From: Malacoraja senta
Lineage: Eukaryota
Direction of reading: 5' to 3'
DNA length: 64,000 nucleotides
Assembly: GCA_038087875.1 (NCBI GenBank)
Contig: CM075984.1
Location: 34,100,001 to 34,164,000, forward strand
Under the pieces are notes generated by a model that saw nothing but the letters and a program-made list of their open reading frames with translations, did not search any database and was not told where the DNA came from. Shown here in pieces: positions 40,784 through 53,753 of this stretch (position 1 is the stretch's first letter; each line of letters begins with the position of its first letter). The position numbers and the translations under genes were made by a program.

Positions 40784-41806
40784 CCTAGTATTGTTCAATG
40801 CATCCTTGAGTTTTTCAAAGCTATATTTTCTATGGGCAACTTACAACTGGCAGTGAACATCACACAGACCTGTCAGGAGATCATAGGTGTCACGTCCTAC
40901 TGATGTCATCTCAATGTGCTGCGATTGACGTTTCAGTGCAGCATTGTGAGAAAACTGCAATTATGAAGTTTCAATACAATGCTAATAGAAGCTGAAGAAA
41001 CATGATATTGTCATGTGGTCAATGCCAGCAAGTTATTAGATGGTCTTCTACCTCAATTCTATATTGCTGCACAATCTACATATACCTCGATCCTTTAGCT
41101 TCCAGAAATCCACTGATCTCAATCTTGACTACACACAACTAAGCATGCACATCCTCCCGAGGTAGAGAATTCCAAAAGTACACGCCCATTCAAATAAATT
41201 GCAATTCAGTCCTGAAAGTATGACCTTGAGGCTGAAACAAGTATGGAAAATTACAACAGCACCAGTACCAGAATCTGAGAATCTTATCTTTCAATGAGAA
41301 TCACCAATTCCCCAAAAGGCACATTCTCCTCAATCAATTCTGCATGTCTACTTTCTGCAATCAATGTTATATTCATCTGCCACCGTCCTTTTACATCCCT
41401 TCACGACCTATTTAATTCTCCTCCGACTTAGCTATTATTAGAAAGCTTGGTTAAATCCAAGACATCGATATAGATTACAAATAGCCGAGACCAAAGCTCT
41501 GATTCTTGTGGCATTATTCGAGTTTTATCCCATTTCTAAAATTACCCATTTATTTTTACACTTTATTTCCTGTTTGTTAAACTAACCTCAAAAGTAAGTC
41601 CCCATTTGATCTACTGACTGCATGTTAAATATATGTTGTGAAGAGTTCTTTTTACTGACTTGTCTCAATTATCCATCCACCAACACAAAGTTACTTTAGT
41701 CATTTTTCTCACTGTGTTTACAGGCTGTTGCTAGGCAGTAATTGACTGCTATGTTTCCTATATTTAAACAGTGACAATTGCTAATGAAGTACTTCATGAT
41801 TGTAAT

Positions 41807-41933
41807 CTGAAGAAGGGTTTCGGCCCGAAACGTTGCCTATTTCCTTCGCTCCATAGATGCTGCTGCACCCGCTGAGTTTCTCCAGCATTTTTGTGTACCT
41901 TCGATTTTCCAGCATCTGCAGTTCCTTCTTTAA
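41807..41933 (+). mobile_element. Penelope-derived short repeat with minimal hammerhead motif
   Basis: CTGAAGA-AGGGT-TTCG-GCCC-GAAAC-GTT; 15-bp flanking duplication CATGATTGTAATCTG. Confidence 0.75.
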
Positions 41934-42001
41934 CATGATTGTAATCTGGTTTTGTCACTTTGTTTCAAAGAGTGAATTATGAAGGCAGATTTTATATTGA
42001 T

Positions 42002-45000
42002 ACATAGACAATAGGTGCAGGAGTAGGCCATTTGGCCGTTCGAGTCAGCACTACCATTCAATGTGATCATGGCTGATCATCCATAATCAGTACCCCGTTC
42101 CTGCCTTCTCCCCATACCCCTTGATTCCACTAGCCCTAAGAGCTCTATCTAACAATCTTTTATGCATCCAGTGAATCAGCCTCCACTGCCTTCTGAGGCA
42201 GAGAATTCCACAAATTCACAACTCTCTGTGAGAAAAAGTTTTTCCTCATCTCAGTTCTAAATGGCCTACCCATTATTTTTAAACTGTGGCTCCTGGTTCT
42301 GAACTCCCCCAACATCGGAAACATGTTTCCCACATCTAGCTTGTCCAATCCGATTAGGAAAAGGGGAGATGCAACGAGACCTGGGTGTCATGGTACACCA
42401 GTCATTGAAAGTAGGAATGCAGGTGCAGCAGGCAGTGAAGAAAGCAAATGGTATGTTAGCATTCATAGCAAAAGGGTTTGAGTATAAGAGCAGGGAGGTT
42501 CTACTGCAGTTGTACAGGGTCTTGGTGAGACCACACCTGGAGTATTACGTACAGTTTTGGTCTCCTAATCTGAGGAAAGACATTCTTGCCATAGAGGGAG
42601 TACAGAGAAGGTTCGCCAGACTGATTCCTGGGATGGCAGGACTTTCATATGAGGAAAGACTGGATAGACTCGGCTTGTACATGTTGGAATTCAGAAGACT
42701 GAGGGGGGATCTTATAGAAACTTACAAAATTCTTAAGGGGTTGGAGAGGCTAGATGCAGGAAGATTATTCCCGATGTTGGGGAAGTCCAGAACTAGGGGT
42801 CACAGTTTAAGGATAAGAGGGAAGACTTTTAGGACCGAGATGAGGAAATCATTTTTTACACGGAGAGTGGTGAATCTGTGGAATTCTCTGCCACAGAAGG
42901 TAGTTGAGGCCAGTTCATTGGCTATATTTAAGAGGGAGTTAGATGTGGCCCTTGTGGCTAAAGGGATCAGGGGGTATGGAGAGAAGGCAGGGATGGGATA
43001 CCGAGTTGGATGATCAGCCATGATCATATCAAATGGCGGTGCAGGCTCGAAGGGCCGAATGGCCTACTCCTGCACCTATTTTCTATGTTTCTATGTTTCT
43101 AATCCCTTAATAAGTTTATATGTTTCTATAAGATCCCCTCTCATCCATCTAAATTCTATTGAATACAAGCACAGTCGCTCCATTCTTTCATCATATGACA
43201 GTCCCGCCGTCCTGGGAATTAACCTTGTGAACCTACGCTGCACTCACTCAATGGCAAGAATGTCCTTCCTCAAATTAGGAGACCAAAACTGCACACAATA
43301 GTCCAGGTGTAGTCTCACCAGGGCCAAGTACAACTTCAGAAGGACCTATTTGCTCCTATACCAATTCCTCTTGTTATGAAGGCCAACATGCCATTAGTCA
43401 TCTTCACTGCCTGCTGTACCTGCAAGCTTACTTTCAGTGACTGATGTACAAAGACACCCAGGTCTCCTTGTACTTCCCCTTTTCCTAACCCGACAACATT
43501 CAGATAATAATCTGCCTTCCCGTTCTTGCCACCAAAGTGGATAACCTCACATTTATCCACATTATACTGCATCTGCCATGCATCTGCCCACTCACCCAAC
43601 CTGTCCAAGTCACCCTGCATCCTCATAGCATCCTCTTCACAGTTCACACTGCCAGCTAGCTTTGTCATCAGTAAATTTGCTAATGTTACTTTTAATTCCT
43701 TCATCTAAATCATTAATGTATATTGTAAATAGCTGCGGTCCCAGCACCGAGCCTTGCGGCACCCCACTAGTCACTGCCTGCCATTCTGAAAGGGACCCGT
43801 TAATCCCTACTCTTTGTTTCCTGTCTGCCAACCAATTTTCTATCCATGTCAATACCCCAGCCCCAATACCATGTGCTCTAATTTTGCCCACTAATCTCCT
43901 GTGGGACCTTATCAAAGGCTTTCTTGAAGTCCAGGTACACTACATCCACTGGCTCTCCCTTGTCCATTTTACTTGTTACATCCTCAAAAAATTCCAGAAG
44001 ATTTGTCAAGCATGATTCCCCCTTCGTAAATCCATGCTGACTTGGACCGATCCTGTTACTGCTATCCAAATTACATCTTTGATAATCGACTCCAGCATCC
44101 TTACTGCTATTACATCTTTGATAATCGACTCCAGCATCTTCCCCACCACTGATGTCAGGTTTACTTTTCAATAACTCCCTGCTTTCTCTCTCCCTCCTTT
44201 CTTGAAAAGTGGGATAACATTAGCTACCCTCCAATCCACAGGAACTGATCCAGAATCTATTGAACATCGAAAAATGACCACCAATGCGTCCACAATTTCT
44301 AGAGCCCCACCTTGAGTACCCTGAGATGCCGACCATCAAGCCCTGGGGATTTATCAGCCTTCAGTCCCAACAGGCTACCCAACACCATTTCCTGACTAAT
44401 ATGAATTTCCTTCAGTTCCTCCATCACCCTAGGTCCTCTGTTCCCTAGCACATCTGGGAGATTGTTTTATGTCTTAGTGAAGACAAAACCAAAGTACCTG
44501 TTAAACTCGTATGCCATTTCCTTGTTCCCCATAATAAATTCATCTGTTTCGATCTTCAAGGGACCCACATGTGTCTTAACTATTTTTTTCCTCTTCACAT
44601 ATCTAAAGAAGCTTTTACTATCCTCCTTTATATTCATGGTTAGCTTACCTTCGTACTTCATTTCTCCCCGTATTGCCTTCTGTTGACCTTTAAAAGTTTC
44701 CCAATCCTCAAGGCTTCCTGCTCATCTTTGCTGTTATACGTCTTTTCTTTTCTTTTTATACTGTCCTTGACTTCCCTTGTCAGACACGGTCTCTTACTCC
44801 CCTTAGAATCTTTGTTCCTCTTTGGAATGAAATTATCTTGCATCTTCTGGATTATTCCCAGAAATACCTGCCATTGCTGTTCCACTGTCATCCCTGCTAG
44901 GGTCCCTTTCCAGTCAACTTTGGCCAGCTCCTCCCTCATGCCTCCATAGTCCCCTTTGTTCAACTGCAATATTGACACTTCTGATTTTACCTTCTCCTTC

Positions 45001-46255
45001 TCAAATTGCAGATTAAAACTTATCATATTATGGTCACTACCTCCTAATGGTTCCTTTACTTTGAGTTCCCTTTATGAAATCCGGTTCTTTACACAACACT
45101 AAATCCAGAATTGCCTTCTCCCTGGTAGGCTCCAGTACAAGCTGCTCTAAGAATCCATCTCGGAGGCACTCTCTTGGGGTCCAGTACAAACTCCCTTTCT
45201 TGGGGTCCAGTACTGTTTGGGGGCCTGTAGACAACCATTAGGGTCTTTTTACCCTTAGAATTTCTCAGCTCTACCCATACCGACTCTACATCTTCTGATT
45301 CTTTGTCACCCCTCGCTAGGGACTGAATTTCATTCCTTACCAACAGAGCCACCCCATCCCCTCTGCCCACCTGTCTGTCTTTTCTATACGACGTACACCT
45401 CTGAATATTCAGTTCCCAGTCCTGATCCTCTTGTAGCCATGTCTCTGTAATTCCCACAACATCATACTTACCAATTTCTAACTGAGCCTCAAGCTCATCC
45501 ACTTTATTTCTTAAAATTCACCCATTCATCTATAACACTTTTAATTGTGTATTCACCTCCCCTCCCACACCGGTTCATATTTCACCTTAATTTACTATCT
45601 TATCCCTTCTTGAACTTAACGTCCCATTAATTTGGGTGTCTTTCATAACTTTTCCTGTACTCTCTTCCCCTTTAACTTCATCTTTATACTCCCAATTTGT
45701 CAACCCTCCCCCCACTATTTAGTTTAAACCCACCCATGTAGCACTAGCAAACCTGCCTGCCAGAATGTTGGTCCCCCTCTAGTTAAGGTGAAACCTGTCC
45801 CTTTTTTACAGGTCACCCCTACCCCAGAAGAGATCCCAGTGGTCTATAAATCTAAATCCCTGCTCCCTGCACCAGCCCCTCAGCCACATATTCAGATCCC
45901 CCATCTCCCTGTTCCTGTCCTCACCAGCACGAGGTACTGGAAGCAATCCAGAGATAAGCACCCTAGAAGTCCTGCTTTCAGCCTTCTTCCCAACTCTCTA
46001 AACTCACGTTGCAGAACCTCCTTCCTCTTCTTCCCGATGTAGTCTGTGCCCACATGCACAACAACTTCCGACTACTCTCCTTCCCTCTCGAGGATGTTCT
46101 GAAGTCGGTCCGAGACATCTTGAACCCTGGCACCAGGGAGGCAACAGACCATCCTCGAGTCTCGCCTGCCGCCACAGAATCTCCTGTCCGCACCTCGGAC
46201 AATGGAGTCACCCACCACTATGGCTCTGCCCGACGTCGGTCTCGCAGGCAGAATC
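42002..46255 (-). mobile_element. Long decayed CR1/L3 LINE interrupted by a nested insertion
   Basis: ORF1 esterase remnant near 46000-46200; APE endonuclease (YDVVGITETW) at 45089-45502; RT ([21 protein letters not shown]) at 43336-44171; 3' end at 42002-42349. Confidence 0.9.
42352..43100 (+). mobile_element. Young 5'-truncated CR1 nested in the opposite-strand CR1
   Basis: Uninterrupted 214-aa ORF2 C-terminus, (TTCTATG)n tail, short AATCC duplication at both junctions. Confidence 0.88.
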
Positions 46256-46343
46256 TCACCGAAAGGTACTTCTGAAGTACCTCTGGTAACACCAAAACAG
46301 ACACCGACCGGGTTATAGCCACATATCCACTCAACATTACAGA

Positions 46344-46590
46344 GAGGTCTCAGACTTGCACTAGCCCGTCATGATAAAAACATCATTTTATCTTTCTAGG
46401 TTAATTGTTCTATCAGACATCTACCAAAGATATGTCCCAAATCTTGCTCTCAAATAGTGGTGTTCATTACTGTTACAAACTCCTTTTTACCATCATAGCT
46501 AATCTATAGCAGGATGGGAAATGCAGGGGTTTCTGGAAATCAAGATGTGGGGATGGTCCTTGTGCTACCAGACCACTCATCATTGACCTC
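46344..46590 (-). ncRNA. Third U87/U88-family scaRNA paralog, divergent guides
   Basis: Same terminal stem, box C ATGATGA, H box ACAGTA and D box CTGA; shares TTTCCCATCCTGCT with the intron-10 copy and CCCTGCATTT with the intron-12 copy; 247 nt. Confidence 0.75.
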
Positions 46591-47772
46591 AATGACCAAT
46601 TTCATTTTTGGGAATTGCAATCAAAATGCAATGAACACATGTAAACATTAGTGCTTGTCTGCAAATGCAAGACAGCTTCCAAAGCTTTCAGTTACAGAAA
46701 TGGCAATTTTGAATTAAATGGTTAGGAATGCGACACAGTGCACGTTGAATCCGGGAAATCAGCAGATTGTCCCATACAGTGTGATTGATATATAGAAAGA
46801 ACTCCTGGATAGGGAAACAAAATAATTTAGAATCTGGCTAATGAAGTGAATTATCGGGATAATCTGGCCAAATGGACATTCTCAACTGCATCTCGACTGA
46901 ATGCATTGAGTCACAATTAACAGGTAAATCAGAAATCAAATCAACGTGTTTGTCCGTTAAACACATTGACAAAGTAATTGTGACATGTGAGAAAAATAAT
47001 TTGGGCGAGCGGGAAATAAGCGGAACGGGACTGATGGCATTGTGATGCTGAGAATCAGCATGGAGCAAATGAGCTGAATTAGGATAATGTGATTTGTAAT
47101 ATAATGTATTTAGATGTCATTATTAGTTATTATTAGCAACTCAAAAGTCTGATTTCCCTTGGATAAAAATGAAAACACTTTCTCCAATCCTTAAAATAAA
47201 TAATTAATATGCAAAACTAAGTACATTTTGCAATCTACCCTGCATTATCAATTAATCAATTTGATTCAGGAATGGCTTAAAATGAAGCAATTTTCTTTTT
47301 TGGAGCTGCACCGAAAATACTGTTTCCTTAAATCATGCTCACATTACTTCTCTACTGATCATGAATTTCACCTTTGATTTCTAACTTGTGCATTTGTTCC
47401 ATGTACAAGAAATCATTAAATTATTAATCATTTGAGGGTTGCTATGTAATATTAGATATTTGAATCAGTCAGGTGTACTCCAATGGTTTTAATTTTCCTA
47501 TACATTCCTCTAACAAATAAATTCACAGCCAGCCTGAATTAAGGTCAAGGAGGTTATTTCTGACAATTCTGCACCATCATCATTAAATGAATACTCAGCC
47601 CACATTTTGTTGCTTTCAATCAGGACTCAAAATGGCACTGAAAAACTAGCTCCCTTTTGGTCACATAGAATTTACAACACAGAAATAGGTTTATTGGTCA
47701 AAATGATTAAAGCAGTATTTATGCTCCATGTGAGGTTTCTCTCATTACAACACATTTCATTTGTATAATACA

Positions 47773-48117
47773 GTAAACTCTCGCAACAATGTACCCCTAT
47801 ATAGTGGATTTTGGTTATAGTGGACCGAGATGCCACGTGGTGTGCTTCCAGTTGCAGGAGCAGAAAGAACAAGCAGCATGAAGGTGGCGTGAGTACCAGA
47901 CCTGTTCTCAGAGCACTGCATCTGGGGCCATGGGCTCTGTGTCTCCCCAGCCTGTGAATTCGCACTTGTTATAACCCCCCCCCCCCCCACAACACCGAGT
48001 TACTTCCCACCCGGCTTCGGGTTAAACTTTACCTCCCGCTCTCGACTATAGTGGACAATCGGTAAAAACGGACACCATCCTGCTCCCCGTGGTTCGTTAT
48101 TGCAAGGGTCCTATTGC
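47773..48117. mobile_element. Degenerate pogo/Tigger-type MITE (duplicate at 54936-55280)
   Basis: TA-CAGTAAACTCTCGCAACAATG left end with an imperfect inverted counterpart at the right end; internal TATAGTGGA repeats. Confidence 0.55.
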
Positions 48118-48168
48118 ATTACTTGACCCTTCATGTATTTCTAACCTTTCCTTTGTTTGCATACTCAC

Positions 48169-48271
48169 AAACACGTGGAGTGGTGTGGTAGGTAATTGCA
48201 TCTGATTACAAGGTCCACTACAGACATCGTGGGCATCAATCACAGTCCCATGTAACGTGGGTGATCGTTTT
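48169..48271 (-). CDS. ATG16L1: ATG16L1 exon 9, duplicate copy
   Basis: Same sequence as 55332-55434. Confidence 0.6.
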
Positions 48272-50796
48272 CTAATGGCAGCAAACACAGAACATTTCAT
48301 TTACTCAACACCTTCAGAAACGGCATGATAAAAAAAAAAAATCAGGTGCAAACACACAGTACAAAGTGTGTATTTGAACAGATTCTCTGGCATGAAAACA
48401 CAAAGGAACTCATTTTGTTATCAACATAGAAATGTTATGGTCAAATGAAGTACTGAGTTATAAATGCCCGTTGGAGAGATGCATTCTACATTGACTGGAA
48501 GACCCAATTGCAATGCCAGTCTCTTCCAAGTTAGTCAATAATACCAAGGAGATTAACTGGTCTCAGTTGTTGTTGGGGTGGGGGTAAACCAGATTCCATT
48601 CCTGCTTACTATAAGAAGGTTTGCCGAAGTTGCACCTTAGGAGGTGACCGTATAGCCTCAGTCTTGTAGCAGAGTGGGCCCTTCGGCCCACCACATCCAT
48701 GCCCATCTTTTTGTCCATCTGTACTTGTCTCATTTGCCTGCATCTTTCTATGCCTTACCTATTTAAGTATCTGTCTAAATGTCTCAAACAGTGATTGTAT
48801 CGTATTCGACCATCACCTCTTATAGTTGTGTTCCAGACATCAACAACTCTGTGTAAACACTTTCCCATCAGATCCAATTTAATAATCCTTTCCCACACCT
48901 TAGACTTTTGGCTACTTGTTTTAGGTAACCCTATCAAGGGAATTTGTTTTGTCTGTCTACCTTATACATGCTTTTCATAATCTTATATCTATCAAGGCAC
49001 TCTTCAATCTCCAAAGCTCTAAGGAAAACAAGTTTGACTTGTCCAATCTCTCCCCATAATTAAAGAATCTCAATTCATACAACATTCCAGTGAATCTCCC
49101 CTGCACTCCCATCAACCAAACCATTCCTACAATGTGGCAACCAGAATAGCACACAAGGCTCCTGAAACAGTCTAACCACATCAGTCTGAAGGGTCTCAAC
49201 CCGAAACGTCACCCATTCTTTCTCTCCAGAGATGCTGCCTGTCCCGCTGAGTTACTCCAGCATTTTGTGTCTATCTATAATTTAAAACAGCATCTGCAGT
49301 TCCTTTCTACACTAACCAGTGTTTTGTTAAGTTGCATCATATGGTCCCAACTCTTATATTATATGCCCCGACCTATGAAGACAAGTACGCCTTATGCCTT
49401 CCGATGGCGCCGAGGTAGAGATGGTTTAAAACTTCCAATTCCGAGGAGTAAATATAACCAACAACTTCTCCTGGACCACCACTATTGAAGCAATGACCAA
49501 GAAAGCACACCAACACCTCTACTTCCTTTGAAGGCTTAGGTAGTTTGTCATGTCCCCAACAATGCTCAACAACATCTGGATGCGCCGTAGAAAGCATTTT
49601 ATCGGGATGCATCACAGCTTGGTTTGGGAATAGCTCCCGTAAGAAATTGCAGCGAATTGTGGACACAGCCCAGATCATCACATGAACCAAACTCCCTTCC
49701 ATTGACTCCATTTATCCCTCACACTGCCCCTGCAATCAAGTATGGGTCGCACCCTAGCCACTCCCTCTTCTCCCCATCCCCATCGGACACAAGGTATAGA
49801 AGTGTGAAAACACACACCTCCGGATTCTGGGACAGTGACAGGACAGTGTAGCTTTTTTTCCTGGAGCACAGGACACGGAGAGGTGCCATTATAAAGATAT
49901 ACAAAATCATGAGAGGCATAGATAATGTGAATAGTCAGAGCTTTTTTCCCCAGAATAAAAGGAGTCTAAAACTGGAAGGTTCAGATTTACAGAGTAAGGA
50001 AAGATTTAAAGGGTACCCGGGGCGACTTTCTCATGTAGAGGTAGGCGGGTATGCAGAAAAAAATCCTAGATTAAGATTTTTAGACATGTACATGGATGGG
50101 AAACGTTTAAAGGAATATGTGCCAAATTCAGACAAATGGGATTAACTCAGTAATCAACTGTCGCCCAAAGGGCCAGTTTCTGTGCTGTACAACTCTGTCC
50201 AAGTTTAAAAGCTCACTGTGAAGCACAAGATCCTTCCCTTATCATAACAGAGTTTTTGCGATGTGCATTGCGAATTGTCAGAAAGAAAAGGCACAAAAAG
50301 GTTTTCGACTGAAGAGAAAAATTATTGGGATACAAACGACTGATCTGGGATAAGTTGGCAAGTGCTCACATGGAGTATGGCCCAACATATTTTTACAGGA
50401 TTGAACGTTAACTTAAAAAATTATGAAGGCATTTGGTCAAACTTCCCAACACTGTGCACTGGCAATAAAATGCCTTCCACTGGTATATTCACAAACTCTC
50501 TTCAAAACCCCTTTATAAATTGTGTAGTGTATTCAATGAACAAGCATCTTAAACTTGAGTTAATTTCTGTAGATGGGGAATAGAGGCAACACAACCCCAA
50601 ATAAAATGTTAACCAATTAATATCATAAATGGTAGGGAGAGGTTCTTTGTTAGATATAGAACAGGATGATCAGAGATGTATAATCATTAACGAGAAACAG
50701 AGCTAAGTTATATATGATTGAGCAAATATCAAGGTAAATCAGATCTAAAATACACTAATCATTAAAATAGAAACGGGAAATAAGTTCTTAACGTAC

Positions 50797-50847
50797 CCAA
50801 AGATATTACCAATAGAGTCCAAGAGTCCAGATGCCTGTGAAGTCCTT
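50797..50847 (-). CDS. ATG16L1: ATG16L1 exon 8, duplicate copy
   Basis: Same sequence as 57960-58010. Confidence 0.6.
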
Positions 50848-51782
50848 CTGTACAAAGCAGAACAGAAATTGATTGTGGATGATCAGCCATGATCACAATG
50901 AATGGCGGTGCAGGCTTGAAGGGCCAAATGGCCTCCTCCTATTTTCTATGTTTCTATGAAATAATGTTTGCTGATGCTGGTTTAGAAAAAAAGTCAAAGT
51001 GCTGGAGTAACTCAGCAGGTCAGGCAGCATCTCTGAAGAACATGGACATGTGAAGTTTTATGTCAGGACCCTTCTTCACCTAAAGTGCACTCACCTTTAT
51101 GTTTGTAATTCGAGATCACAAAATTGTAATTATGTCATTTGTAATTTGTAATCACAAAATTGTCCAATAGTCCCTACCATACAAAGACGGAAAAATGGTC
51201 TCTCAACTCTAACAATGAAACTTTCAAAGAAAATATAAGAAACTTGATCGTATTCATTAAGATTATAAAGGAATTAACAGAACTGAGCTAAATTATTCTT
51301 GGTGATAATTCCCAAGAAAAACAAAAGAAAAGGGTGTCAGGTCAGGAGGGGCTTTTGCTGTCAAAGGGGAATTAATGGGGATGACAAAGGGGGAATCTTT
51401 TTATTAGGGTCAATTAGACACGTTTGCAGGAAGAGACTGAGGAATAAAAGGGGATGATGAGCAGGCATGACTAGCCCACAAAATAGCTGCAAGAACAATA
51501 GTTAAGAATGGTCATAATGTTAGATTAATATCAAGCATTTAATTTTGGATTTCACTAAAAGGTAACATTAAGCAAGTTCACTGAACACTTGTTCCATTGA
51601 ATCACTACAAACAGCCAGTAGCATTGCAGGTTTTGATCGACTGTATAAAAACCCCAACACAAAACAATGGGGAAGTATTGCAGGTCACAATCACTGGCAG
51701 AAGAAAGGTGTATGCTCTCACATTATGCAAGCACAAGATGCACTTCATGCCTCCCTGTAATTCTCAGCTATCAGGCACTCAC

Positions 51783-51869
51783 CTGGGAGTCCTGTGCGTA
51801 GCTCGCACCGCTGATGTTTCTTCTGCGGTGTCAGGCCCTTCTTCACCAAGCACCTCTATATCATCCTCA
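51783..51869 (-). CDS. ATG16L1: ATG16L1 exon 7, duplicate copy (probable assembly duplication)
   Basis: Same sequence as 58946-59032, offset 7163. Confidence 0.6.
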
Positions 51870-52218
51870 CTGCCAATCAGAGCAGGAAAAAAAGCAAACA
51901 TAAGTCTTCTACTCCATTTGTGTGGGTTACCAGCATAGACCATTGTGATGGAACTGTAACACGAACGTCATACCTGCTCAGAATTACTACATATAATCAA
52001 CTATTTCAAAGGAGACTCNNNNNNNNNNNNNNNNNNNNNNNNNNNNNNNNNNNNNNNNNNNNNNNNNNNNNNNNNNNNNNNNNNNNNNNNNNNNNNNNNN
52101 NNNNNNNNNNNNNNNNNNNNNNNNNNNNNNNNNNNNNNNNNNNNNNNNNNNNNNNNNNNNNNNNNNNNNNNNNNNNNNNNNNNNNNNNNNNNNNNNNNNN
52201 NNNNNNNNNNNNNNNNNN

Positions 52219-53418
52219 TTACTTTGAGTTCCCTTTATGAAATCCGGTTCTTTACACAACACTAAATCCAGAATTGCCTTCTCCCTGGTAGGCTCCAGTA
52301 CAAGCTGCTCTAAGAATCCATCTCGGAGGCACTCTCTTGGGGTCCAGTACAAACTCCCTTTCTTGGGGTCCAGTACTGTTTGGGGGCCTGTAGACAACCA
52401 TTAGGGTCTTTTTACCCTTAGAATTTCTCAGCTCTACCCATACCGACTCTACATCTTCTGATTCTTTGTCACCCCTCGCTAGGGACTGAATTTCATTCCT
52501 TACCAACAGAGCCACCCCATCCCCTCTGCCCACCTGTCTGTCTTTTCTATACGACGTACACCTCTGAATATTCAGTTCCCAGTCCTGATCCTCTTGTAGC
52601 CATGTCTCTGTAATTCCCACAACATCATACTTACCAATTTCTAACTGAGCCTCAAGCTCATCCACTTTATTTCTTAAAATTCACCCATTCATCTATAACA
52701 CTTTTAATTGTGTATTCACCTCCCCTCCCACACCGGTTCATATTTCACCTTAATTTACTATCTTATCCCTTCTTGAACTTAACGTCCCATTAATTTGGGT
52801 GTCTTTCATAACTTTTCCTGTACTCTCTTCCCCTTTAACTTCATCTTTATACTCCCAATTTGTCAACCCTCCCCCCACTATTTAGTTTAAACCCACCCAT
52901 GTAGCACTAGCAAACCTGCCTGCCAGAATGTTGGTCCCCCTCTAGTTAAGGTGAAACCTGTCCCTTTTTTACAGGTCACCCCTACCCCAGAAGAGATCCC
53001 AGTGGTCTATAAATCTAAATCCCTGCTCCCTGCACCAGCCCCTCAGCCACATATTCAGATCCCCCATCTCCCTGTTCCTGTCCTCACCAGCACGAGGTAC
53101 TGGAAGCAATCCAGAGATAAGCACCCTAGAAGTCCTGCTTTCAGCCTTCTTCCCAACTCTCTAAACTCACGTTGCAGAACCTCCTTCCTCTTCTTCCCGA
53201 TGTAGTCTGTGCCCACATGCACAACAACTTCCGACTACTCTCCTTCCCTCTCGAGGATGTTCTGAAGTCGGTCCGAGACATCTTGAACCCTGGCACCAGG
53301 GAGGCAACAGACCATCCTCGAGTCTCGCCTGCCGCCACAGAATCTCCTGTCCGCACCTCGGACAATGGAGTCACCCACCACTATGGCTCTGCCCGACGTC
53401 GGTCTCGCAGGCAGAATC
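52219..53418 (-). mobile_element. CR1 5' portion, duplicate copy
   Basis: Same sequence as 45056-46255. Confidence 0.75.
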
Positions 53419-53506
53419 TCACCGAAAGGTACTTCTGAAGTACCTCTGGTAACACCAAAACAGACACCGACCGGGTTATAGCCACATATCCACTCAACAT
53501 TACAGA

Positions 53507-53753
53507 GAGGTCTCAGACTTGCACTAGCCCGTCATGATAAAAACATCATTTTATCTTTCTAGGTTAATTGTTCTATCAGACATCTACCAAAGATATGTCC
53601 CAAATCTTGCTCTCAAATAGTGGTGTTCATTACTGTTACAAACTCCTTTTTACCATCATAGCTAATCTATAGCAGGATGGGAAATGCAGGGGTTTCTGGA
53701 AATCAAGATGTGGGGATGGTCCTTGTGCTACCAGACCACTCATCATTGACCTC
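53507..53753 (-). ncRNA. Duplicate of third scaRNA paralog inside the duplicated segment
   Basis: Same sequence as 46344-46590. Confidence 0.55.

Noticed and set aside
44071-44138. 29-bp tandem duplication
   Set aside because: Slippage inside a dead CR1 RT region
47895-47956. Exon-like segment (cag|GCTGGGGAG...) considered as the ATG16L1 gamma exon
   Set aside because: Lies downstream of exon 9 rather than between exons 8 and 9, inside a MITE, and available donors give 50 or 55 nt (frameshift)
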